Both the position numbers and the translations under genes were made by a program. The notes beneath the pieces were generated by a model, which saw only the letters and a program-made list of their open reading frames with translations, was not told where the DNA came from and searched no databases. Positions 1-7,696 of a stretch of DNA of 64,000 bases are shown in pieces. The stretch lies in the NCBI GenBank assembly GCA_016716605.1, contig JADJWA010000001.1, positions 2,349,342-2,413,341 of the forward strand, read 5' to 3'. Each line of letters starts with the position of its first letter. Positions within the stretch are counted from its first letter, which is position 1. This DNA is from Flavobacteriales bacterium. Its GTDB lineage: Bacteria; Bacteroidota; Bacteroidia; Flavobacteriales_F; PHOS-HE28.

Positions 1-683
1 GCGTGCTGAAGAACTTCTCGGAGAAGTCGAGCAGCAATGCGGGGAAGTACCTGAAGGAGCTGGGCGTGGAGCTGCTGCTGAACAAGCGCGTGGTGAGCGG
101 CGATGATGACCACATCACCTTGGATGATGGCAGCGCCCTGGATACCAACACCGTGATCTGGGCGGCTGGGGTGAAGGGCGTGACCATTCCCGGATTGGAA
201 GCCGGCTTGAATGAGCGCGCGAGCCGATTCATGGTTGATCGCACCAATGCGATACAGGGCTTCAACGACATCCATGTGCTGGGCGACATGGCCTTGATGG
301 AAGAGCCCGCGTACCCCAAGGGACATCCGCAGGTGGCCACCGTGGCGATCCAGCAAGGCCGGCACCTGGCCAGGAATCTCATCCGCCGCGCGGAAGGGAA
401 GGAGCCCCTGCCGTTCAGCTATCGGGACAAGGGCAGCATGGCCGTGATCGGCCGGCGCAAGGCCGTGGTGGATATCGGCCAATGGAACTTCGGCGGCACC
501 ATGGCCTGGCTCCTGTGGATGCTGGTGCACGTGGCGCAGCTCGTGGGCTTCCGGAACCGCGCCGTGGTGCTCTTCAATTGGGGCTGGAAATACCTGAGCT
601 GGCGCAACACCATCCGCTTGATCGTGCGGCCCTACGTGCGCAAGGGCACCGCGGTGGCGCGGCCCTTCGTGGCGGTGGAGTAG
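1..683 (+). CDS. ndh: Type II NADH:quinone oxidoreductase (NDH-2), C-terminal fragment; 5' end lies outside the window
   Basis: Open frame from the window edge to the stop at 681-683. The translation (…VIWAAGVKG…HVLGDMA…) matches the second dinucleotide-binding and C-terminal membrane-anchor region of NDH-2. Confidence 0.7.
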   Translation, partial: VLKNFSEKSSSNAGKYLKELGVELLLNKRVVSGDDDHITLDDGSALDTNTVIWAAGVKGVTIPGLEAGLNERASRFMVDRTNAIQGFNDIHVLGDMALMEEPAYPKGHPQVATVAIQQGRHLARNLIRRAEGKEPLPFSYRDKGSMAVIGRRKAVVDIGQWNFGGTMAWLLWMLVHVAQLVGFRNRAVVLFNWGWKYLSWRNTIRLIVRPYVRKGTAVARPFVAVE

Positions 684-684
684 C

Positions 685-1989
685 GTGCGCCTCCGGCGCC
701 GGTCTACTTTCGCCCGCCTTCGCATGGACCGCCGACTCTTCATCCTCTGGTTCACCATCTTCATCGACCTGATCGGGTTCACGCTCTTCATCCCGGTGGT
801 GCCTTATTTCAGCGAAGCAGTTGGCGCGAGCGAGGATCTGGTGATGCTGAGCGCGGCGCTCTTCTCGCTCATGGTCTTCCTCTGCTCGCCCATCTGGGGC
901 AGCATGAGCGACCGCGTGGGGCGCCGTCCGGTGATCATGGTCTCCATCGTCATCACGGCCATCAGCTACATCGTCTTCTCTTACGCCACCAGCATCGTCC
1001 TGCTCTTCGTTTCGCGCTTCCTCACCGGCATCGGCAGCGGCAACATCGCCGCCGCGCAAGCCTACGTGAGTGATATGACCGAGCCGAAGGACCGCGCTAA
1101 GCGCATCGGGCTCATCATCGGCGCATCGTTCGGATTGGCCTTCGCATTCGGGCCCGCGATGGGTGGCTACGTCTTCCACCACATGGGCGGTATCGAGGCG
1201 GTGGGCTGGTTCGCCACAGGGCTGTGCCTGCTCAACCTCATCGGCGTGGTGTTCATGCTTCCTGAGTCATTGGCGAATCCCGATCGCGCGCGGCCCATCA
1301 ACTTCAAACCGGTGGCCAGCACCTTCCGCGCGCTCAGGGACCAGCGCTTCCGCGACATCTTCCTCATCGGATTCGTGTACATCACGGCCTTCAGCATGAT
1401 GAATGTGAGCATCGCTTTCCTCTGGATGCAGCGCTACCACCTCACGGTGGACCAGACGGGCCTCATGTTCAGCATGGTCGGCATCCTCAGCGCCGTTTCG
1501 CAGGGCGCTTTGGTGAGCGTGTTCCAGCGTTGGTGGGGCGAACGGCGCATGATGATCTATGGCTGCATCATGGTGGGGCTCGGCTTGGCGCTGATTCCCT
1601 TCGTTCCGGTGGGGGATCGCGCGGATGTGATCATGGGCGCGGATGGCCTGCCGGCCTCCATCGACCTCAGCCTTGCTTTCGTGCTGATGAGCCTTGTGCC
1701 GATGGTGCTCGGCGCCGTGGGCAATGCCTGCCTGAACCCGAGCCTGGTCTCGATCCTCAGTCGGAAATCAGGTCCCCATGAGCTAGGTGAAGTGATGGGC
1801 CAGAATCAGGGCTTCTCCTCACTGGGTCGCGTAGCGGGTCCTGCCATGGCCGGACCGCTGTATGCGTGGGGCGTGGATCTGCCCTTCATCGTGGGCGGCG
1901 TAGTCATGGTCGGCACCTTGGCGCTGGTGTTCCACTACCTCCGCACCAGCTACACGCCGCTGCACACCCCTTCCACGCTGGCCGATTAG
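685..1989 (+). CDS. MFS transporter (12-TM, efflux-type, motif A 'DRVGRRP')
   Basis: 434-aa ORF that is hydrophobic throughout and carries MFS signature motifs. The true start is probably the ATG at 724 (MDRRLF…), 12 bp downstream of a TACTTTCG promoter-like element. Confidence 0.8.
   Translation: MRLRRRSTFARLRMDRRLFILWFTIFIDLIGFTLFIPVVPYFSEAVGASEDLVMLSAALFSLMVFLCSPIWGSMSDRVGRRPVIMVSIVITAISYIVFSYATSIVLLFVSRFLTGIGSGNIAAAQAYVSDMTEPKDRAKRIGLIIGASFGLAFAFGPAMGGYVFHHMGGIEAVGWFATGLCLLNLIGVVFMLPESLANPDRARPINFKPVASTFRALRDQRFRDIFLIGFVYITAFSMMNVSIAFLWMQRYHLTVDQTGLMFSMVGILSAVSQGALVSVFQRWWGERRMMIYGCIMVGLGLALIPFVPVGDRADVIMGADGLPASIDLSLAFVLMSLVPMVLGAVGNACLNPSLVSILSRKSGPHELGEVMGQNQGFSSLGRVAGPAMAGPLYAWGVDLPFIVGGVVMVGTLALVFHYLRTSYTPLHTPSTLAD
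704..719 (+). promoter_or_regulatory. Candidate Bacteroidota -7 promoter element (CTACTTTCGCCCGCCT; TAnnTTTG-like)
   Basis: An identical 16-mer recurs at 17603-17618, and the 10-mer CTACTTTCGC recurs at 14461-14470. Each copy sits 12-27 bp upstream of a start codon. Confidence 0.45.
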
Positions 1990-2055
1990 ATTCGCCGCCC
2001 GCAACTCCACCATTCGCCATGTCGAGCGGAGCAACAACCCTCAACCCGAGATAGA

Positions 2056-2925
2056 ATGAGCGTGCTAGTCAACAAGAACTCGAAAGTGATCGTGCAAGGC
2101 TTCACCGGCAGCGAGGGCACCTTCCACGCTACGCAGATGATCGAGTATGGCACCAACGTGGTGGGCGGGGTAACGCCGGGCAAGGGCGGCCAGAAACACT
2201 TGGACCGTCCGGTTTTCGAGACCGTGAGCGAGGCAGTGAAGCAGACTGGCGCCAACGTGAGCATCATCTTCGTTCCGCCCGCCTTCGCTGCCGATGCGAT
2301 CATGGAAGCGGCTGAGGCCGGCATCAAGGTGATCGTGTGCATCACTGAAGGCATCCCCGTCAAGGACATGGTGGCCGCGCGCGAGTACCTGCACGGCAAG
2401 GATTGCACGCTCATCGGCCCCAACTGCCCGGGCGTGATCACGGCCGATGAATGCAAAGTGGGCATCATGCCGGGCTTCGTGTTCAAGAAGGGGAGCGTGG
2501 GCATCGTGAGCAAGAGCGGCACGCTCACCTACGAAGCGGCCGATCAAGTGGTGAAGGCCGGGCTCGGCATCACCACGGCCATCGGTATCGGTGGCGACCC
2601 GATCATCGGCACCACCACCCTGGAAGCCGTTCAGCTCTTCACCAACGACCCCGAGACCAAGGCCATCGTGATGATCGGCGAGATCGGCGGCGATCTGGAG
2701 ATCCAGGCCGCGCGGTGGATCAAGGCCAACTGCAAGAAGCCGGTGGTCGGCTTCATCGCGGGCGAGACCGCCCCGAAGGGACGCACCATGGGCCATGCAG
2801 GCGCCATCGTGAGTGGTGCCGATGAGAGCGCGGCGGCCAAGAAGGCGGTGATGCGCGAGTGCGGGATCCACGTGGTGGAGAGCCCGGCCAGCATCGGCGC
2901 CAAGGTGAAGGAGGTGCTGGGCTAG
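2056..2925 (+). CDS. sucD: Succinate--CoA ligase (ADP-forming) subunit alpha
   Basis: 289 aa with a CoA-binding N-terminus ([14 protein letters not shown]) and the conserved phospho-His loop region. The match is typical for SucD along its full length. Confidence 0.92.
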   Translation: MSVLVNKNSKVIVQGFTGSEGTFHATQMIEYGTNVVGGVTPGKGGQKHLDRPVFETVSEAVKQTGANVSIIFVPPAFAADAIMEAAEAGIKVIVCITEGIPVKDMVAAREYLHGKDCTLIGPNCPGVITADECKVGIMPGFVFKKGSVGIVSKSGTLTYEAADQVVKAGLGITTAIGIGGDPIIGTTTLEAVQLFTNDPETKAIVMIGEIGGDLEIQAARWIKANCKKPVVGFIAGETAPKGRTMGHAGAIVSGADESAAAKKAVMRECGIHVVESPASIGAKVKEVLG

Positions 2926-3015
2926 TCCAGCCTCGCATCGTGGTGCTGACGGCACGACACCTCAGCAGCGAATTGCCCTTGCAATGAGGGCGAGGAGGCA
3001 CCACCAAGCAGACCG

Positions 3016-3035
3016 ATTACCGGTTTTCTGGTATT
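3016..3035. promoter_or_regulatory. NarL/LuxR-type 7-2-7 inverted-repeat box (TACCGGT-TT-TCTGGTA), copy A
   Basis: Imperfect palindrome ATTACCGGTTTTCTGGTATT. It lies immediately upstream of the response-regulator gene. A near-identical copy is at 7589-7609. Confidence 0.5.
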
Positions 3036-3042
3036 TTCCCCG

Positions 3043-3747
3043 ATGCAGGCGGCATTGATTTTTGCCGCCATGCAGATGAAGATGAACACGTCGACCTTGC
3101 TGTTGGTGGATGATCAGTCGATGATGCTCGACGGCATTGAATCGCTGCTGGCCACGATGGATGAGGTGAAAGTGCTGGGCCGGTGCACTAACGGCAAGGA
3201 CGCGGTGGCCCAAGCGGAATTGCTGCGGCCGGACCTTGTGCTGATGGATGTGAACATGCCCGGCATGGACGGCATAGAGGCCACCAAGCGCCTGCTGAAG
3301 GTGAGCCCGTATAGCAAGGTGCTCATCTTGAGCATGTACGGCCACAAGGAGTTCGTTCTGGAGGTGATGGAAGCCGGTGCATGCGGCTACTTGCTGAAGA
3401 ATGCGGGGAAGCTTGAGCTCATGGAGGCCTTGCACATCGTGGCCACCGGCGGCAAGTACGTCGCGCGGGAATTGGCTGCGGTCATCGCGAACGGGGATCG
3501 CTTCAAGGACCGGCGTGGGGAGACACGCTATGGTGCCCTTTCCAAGCGCGAAGTGGACATCGTGCGATTGATCCTGCAGGAGCGCACTTCCCAGGAGATC
3601 GCCGAAACCCTATTCCTGAGCTCCGAAACGGTTGAGACGCACCGAAGGAACATTATGCATAAGCTTGACGTCCGCAATACCGCTGGCTTGGTGAAGTACG
3701 CCATGGAGCGGGGCTGGGGAAACAACAACGAGAGCACGAACCGATAA
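3043..3747 (+). CDS. LuxR/NarL-family response regulator (REC + HTH_LuxR)
   Basis: Receiver motifs LLLVDDQ and LVLMDVNMPGMDG are present, followed by a C-terminal LuxR HTH (LSKREVDIVRLILQERTSQEIAETLFLSSETVETHRRNIMHKL). Internal ATGs at 3070, 3076 and 3082 are alternative starts. Confidence 0.88.
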   Translation: MQAALIFAAMQMKMNTSTLLLVDDQSMMLDGIESLLATMDEVKVLGRCTNGKDAVAQAELLRPDLVLMDVNMPGMDGIEATKRLLKVSPYSKVLILSMYGHKEFVLEVMEAGACGYLLKNAGKLELMEALHIVATGGKYVARELAAVIANGDRFKDRRGETRYGALSKREVDIVRLILQERTSQEIAETLFLSSETVETHRRNIMHKLDVRNTAGLVKYAMERGWGNNNESTNR

Positions 3748-3758
3748 ACCAACGACCG

Positions 3759-4202
3759 ATGAGCTGGAACATCAATGATCCTGAGGCGGAAGTGAACGAA
3801 GAGTACCAGAGCAAGATCACGCATCCGAAGAACCAGTACTTCACCGGGGAGCGGGTGCTGGACCTTGAGAATCAGGTGATCACGTTGAAGTACGCGGAGC
3901 GCATCGGAGTGGACGAAGGAAGCGAGGATATTCAGCTGGGATTGGACCGTGCTGATGAAGAGGAGGATGAGCAATGGGTGCTCTATGTCGAAGTCGACCC
4001 GCCTGATCCGAAGTCCGAGAGCGCACGACGGAAGCCGGTGCGGATGTCAACTTCCGGCGGAGGCGGAGGCGATGAACAGCGCACGGTCGTGATCAAGAGC
4101 CCGGCTGAGGTGCGCTTGCGCGTTCGTTCAGCGAAGATCTCGTTCAAGCCGGCCATCAAGACCAAGCCGTTCCCCGATCCGGGCAAGCTCAAGCGGCCTT
4201 AG
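3759..4202 (+). CDS. Hypothetical acidic protein (147 aa), no recognisable domain
   Basis: Clean ORF with protein-like composition, 11 bp after the regulator stop. It has an acidic stretch (DEEEDEQ), a Gly5 run and a basic tail. Confidence 0.5.
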   Translation: MSWNINDPEAEVNEEYQSKITHPKNQYFTGERVLDLENQVITLKYAERIGVDEGSEDIQLGLDRADEEEDEQWVLYVEVDPPDPKSESARRKPVRMSTSGGGGGDEQRTVVIKSPAEVRLRVRSAKISFKPAIKTKPFPDPGKLKRP

Positions 4203-4216
4203 TCTTCCAAGCGGGT

Positions 4217-5512
4217 ATGAAGCATGCCGCGTTGATCGGCCACGCACTGCTCGCGGCCATGCCCTTGGTGTCGGTGCATGCCCAGATCAGCGAAAAGCCA
4301 ACCGGCGCATGCCTGCCGGACGCGATCGCATCGCTCTGTGATCGGTTGCTCCCGGCATCCGGGCATGTGCACATCACGGACGCTGATGGCAAGGTGCGTG
4401 CGTGCCCATGTGAACACCTACTTCGTGGCTCTCTGGATGAGCTGAATGCCCTGCGCGCCGTGCGAGACCGGCTGTCTGTGCAGCGAATGGATTCCCGCTG
4501 GAAGCATGCCACAACCGGGTCCAACCTTCCAGCGACGATCAACGACATTTTGATCGGGGTCGAGGAAGGCGAACCATTGGTGGAGGATACGAGCGTGTAC
4601 CTGGATGCGGCCTGGAGGTGCCCAGAGGAAAGCCGATTGCGACGGATCGTCACCGAGATCGCCCATCTGGAAACGATCGGTCGCGCGGTGACGGAGCGGT
4701 TCCAGTTCACGCTGGTGGTGCAACCGAACCCGGGCTGGGACGACCGTTTCATGCGCATCCTGCCCGCTGGCAGATCCGGTTGGTGGATCATCCGCATACC
4801 AGCGCCGTTGCTCTGGTCTCCGCACATGAGCGATGAGCTCCTGGTGTTCATGCTGCTTCATGAGATGGGCCATGCACTGGATGATTCCGAACCGGAACAG
4901 ATGATGGCATCGGAACTCATGTCGGATCACTGGGCAACAAGCGTTGGATTGACGGCCTATTACGGCGATGAGCGCGCTGCCGAGCTCCGCCCCCGCATCG
5001 CGCAGGATTTCCGTGAATATCACAAGGACATCTATACCCTCGAGACATTCGATCGGTCTTCCTGCGAAACCGGCCGCTTGAATGACTACCCACGACTCGC
5101 GTGCCGTTTGGAATGCATCCGTGACCCGCAGTGGGCCGCATCCGTGAGAGGTTCGGGTTTCACTTTCCCAGACTCGTGCTGGTCCACACGGCCATGTGGC
5201 CCGCGTTTCAATCCAGCTCGGGAGTGGGCGCGCGGTGATTGCTACCGTGCGGACGAGGGCGGAGGAAACCCCCTGGTCGGAGTGAGCGAACGGCTTGAAT
5301 CGCTCAACGAGCTGCATGGCGATCTGGATGGGAAGTTCTGTGAGCGACGCCCCGAACTTTGCGGGCTCAAGCAGCCGGAGCGCAACAAGCAGCTGGCGGC
5401 GGAGATCCGCTACTTGCGGATGCGAGAACGGCGCATCGAATCCCCGCTTGACCGATCGATCCGAAGACTGCGCAGGTTGAACACCGAGATTCTGCTCAAA
5501 GACAAGCCATGA
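4217..5512 (+). CDS. Hypothetical secreted Cys-rich protein with HExxH (HEMGH) zinc-binding-like motif
   Basis: N-terminal signal peptide (MKHAALIGHALLAAMPLVSVHAQ). The HEMGHALDD motif is present, and the stop overlaps the downstream kinase start by 4 bp (ATGA). It was chosen over the antisense shadow ORF 4418-5581. Confidence 0.5.
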   Translation: MKHAALIGHALLAAMPLVSVHAQISEKPTGACLPDAIASLCDRLLPASGHVHITDADGKVRACPCEHLLRGSLDELNALRAVRDRLSVQRMDSRWKHATTGSNLPATINDILIGVEEGEPLVEDTSVYLDAAWRCPEESRLRRIVTEIAHLETIGRAVTERFQFTLVVQPNPGWDDRFMRILPAGRSGWWIIRIPAPLLWSPHMSDELLVFMLLHEMGHALDDSEPEQMMASELMSDHWATSVGLTAYYGDERAAELRPRIAQDFREYHKDIYTLETFDRSSCETGRLNDYPRLACRLECIRDPQWAASVRGSGFTFPDSCWSTRPCGPRFNPAREWARGDCYRADEGGGNPLVGVSERLESLNELHGDLDGKFCERRPELCGLKQPERNKQLAAEIRYLRMRERRIESPLDRSIRRLRRLNTEILLKDKP

Positions 5513-7545
5513 TGCGTTGGTCCGCACGGTGCCTGGCGCTTGCCTTCGCGGCTCTTGCGCTTGCGCATCCATCCAGCGCACGCGATGCCTGGCCGTCGTT
5601 CGACCGCTTCACCACCTGCTTCAACCGCAACCAGCCTGATTCGCTCCGAGCGCTTGCTCAGGAATTGCGTGCTGCCAGCGATCCGTATGATCGGCACCTC
5701 GGCATCCTTGCGCTGGCCGGTGCCCAATTCCGCACCGATGACCTCGCGACATGCACGCGTACGCTCGATAGCCTCGAACGGGTCGTCGCACGAGATGCTT
5801 TGGCCGTTCGCGCGGTGGCCCAGCGCATCCGCTCCATGCTCATGAGCGCCGTGGGCGATCCGGAGCGTGGCGTGCTTGAGGCTGATCGCGGTCTCGCCTT
5901 GTTGAAGGGTGGGAAGCTGCCCGAGGAAGAAGTGGCCTTGATGGTCGTGCGCGCGGAGGCCCTCACGCAGCTGGATGATCTTGATGCCGCGCTCCATCAA
6001 TTCGCCGAAGCACAACGCCTCACTGCTGAGGTGAACTACCTCCGTGGCGAATGCCTGGTGCGCATCGGCTTAGGCAACATCCGCTACAAGCAGGGGCGCT
6101 ATGATGAGGCCTGGCAGGACTACCTGCGAACCTTCACCGTCGCATCAGCCAACGGTTTCGATAAGGTGGCCCAGAGCGCCTTGGGCAACCTGGGTGGCGT
6201 GGCCACCATGACCGGCAAGTACGACCTCGCCGTGCACCTCTACGACAGCCTGCTCACGCTGCTCGGCCCACGGAGCGCGGAATTGCGCGCGCGCCTGCAC
6301 GGGCAGAAGGGCTACGTGCTGATCGAGATGGAGGACTACTCTGCAGCGGTGCAAAGCTGCAAGCGCTCCATCGCGCTTTCCGACTCCATCGGCGATCTGC
6401 GAGGCAGCACCGATGTCTCGCATGACCTGGCTTATGCCATGTGGCAGCTCGGTGAACGCGATGGTGCGATGCGCTTGATGCACCAAATGCTCGCAACAGC
6501 GGTCCAGCGCAACTGGGCCGAACAGCAGCAGTACATCCACCTGGATCTGCACGACTGGTACAAGGAACTGGGCCGCAGTGAACAAGCGCTCCTGCACATG
6601 AGCCGCTACAGTGCGCTGTCCGATTCCCTTTCGCGTGTCCGTTTCTCGCAGCAGATCGCGCATTCGGAGATCGCCTTCGAGACGGAACGGAAAGAGCATC
6701 GGATCGCGGAGCAGGACCAGGCCCTGCGGATTGCCGAAGCAGAGGATCGCCGTAAATCCATGCAGCGCAACCTGTCCATAGCATTGGTCGCCGTGCTGCT
6801 GGTGGTCGCGGTGGTGCTCTGGCGGAGCCTTCGCATCCGCAGGAAGCTCGCCGCGCATGAGCGGGAGCTGCACGCCCAACGGGTTGACGAGCTCATGCAC
6901 CAGCAGGAGATCAAGGCCATCAATGCCATGCTGGAAGGGCAGGAGAAGGAGCGCGACCGCGTGGCCAAGGACCTGCACGACCGGTTGGGCAGCATGCTCA
7001 GCGCCATCAAGCACCAGGTCGGTGCACTGGAGCATGAGGTGCAATTGGTGCGTGCGGATCAGGGCACGCAATACACCAAGGTGAATCGCATGCTCGATGA
7101 AGCGGTGGGCGAAGTGCGCCGCATCTCGCACGACATGATTGCCGTCACGCTCTCGCGTTTCGGTTTGGGCAAGGCGCTGGAGGATCTCTGCGACACCGTG
7201 CGCATCAGTGGCCGCCTTGGGGTGGAGTTGCGGGTCTTCGGACTGGAGCAGCGCATGGACCGCTCGCTGGAGATCGTGGTGTACCGCATGGTGCAGGAAC
7301 TGGTGAGCAACGTGCTCAAGCATGCACAGGCCACCGAGCTGAGCGTGAACGTGACCCGCGAGCCGGGTCGATTGAGCGTGATGGTGATCGACGATGGCAA
7401 GGGCTTCGATGCCCAGGCCCAATCCGCAGGCATCGGCCTCGGCAACGTGCGTGCGCGTGCCGCCGCCATTGGTGCAGTTGTGCGCGTGGACAGCACACCC
7501 GGCAAAGGCACCACGGTGAGCGTGGAGTGCCCGATCGTGGAGTAG
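5509..7545 (+). CDS. TPR-repeat sensor histidine kinase (HisKA_3 H-box + HATPase_c)
   Basis: Signal peptide, then about 400 aa of TPR-like repeats and one TM helix (LSIALVAVLLVVAVVLW). The H-box is ERDRVAKDLHDRLGSMLSAI, NarX/DesK type. The C-terminus has ATPase G-boxes (GIGLGNVRARAAAIGAV). Confidence 0.85.
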   Translation: MMRWSARCLALAFAALALAHPSSARDAWPSFDRFTTCFNRNQPDSLRALAQELRAASDPYDRHLGILALAGAQFRTDDLATCTRTLDSLERVVARDALAVRAVAQRIRSMLMSAVGDPERGVLEADRGLALLKGGKLPEEEVALMVVRAEALTQLDDLDAALHQFAEAQRLTAEVNYLRGECLVRIGLGNIRYKQGRYDEAWQDYLRTFTVASANGFDKVAQSALGNLGGVATMTGKYDLAVHLYDSLLTLLGPRSAELRARLHGQKGYVLIEMEDYSAAVQSCKRSIALSDSIGDLRGSTDVSHDLAYAMWQLGERDGAMRLMHQMLATAVQRNWAEQQQYIHLDLHDWYKELGRSEQALLHMSRYSALSDSLSRVRFSQQIAHSEIAFETERKEHRIAEQDQALRIAEAEDRRKSMQRNLSIALVAVLLVVAVVLWRSLRIRRKLAAHERELHAQRVDELMHQQEIKAINAMLEGQEKERDRVAKDLHDRLGSMLSAIKHQVGALEHEVQLVRADQGTQYTKVNRMLDEAVGEVRRISHDMIAVTLSRFGLGKALEDLCDTVRISGRLGVELRVFGLEQRMDRSLEIVVYRMVQELVSNVLKHAQATELSVNVTREPGRLSVMVIDDGKGFDAQAQSAGIGLGNVRARAAAIGAVVRVDSTPGKGTTVSVECPIVE

Positions 7546-7588
7546 CTGGCAGGTTTCGCAAGTCGCTGCATCGCAGAGGCTTGCAGTG

Positions 7589-7609
7589 AATTACCGGTTT
7601 TCTGGTATT
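7589..7609. promoter_or_regulatory. NarL/LuxR-type 7-2-7 box, copy B (AATTACCGGTTTTCTGGTATT)
   Basis: The core is identical to the box at 3016-3035. It lies between the kinase stop (7545) and the giant adhesin start (7697). Confidence 0.5.
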
Positions 7610-7696
7610 GTGGTGGGATAGGGGCGCGGCGTGCTTTGTTCTCGTCCTGGTCGAGCACCGATTCGTGGTGCTTGACTAGCATCAAAAGCACCAACG

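Noticed and set aside
4418-5581. 387-aa minus-strand ORF antisense to the HExxH protein gene
   Set aside because: High-GC shadow ORF with Arg/Ala/Pro-rich low-complexity translation. The plus-strand ORF has a signal peptide and a coupled 4-bp overlap with the kinase.
6145-7422. 425-aa minus-strand ORF inside the histidine-kinase gene
   Set aside because: It is antisense to a CDS with clear HisKA_3/HATPase motifs. Its translation is His/Leu/Ala/Gly-rich, which is typical of a GC-rich reverse frame.
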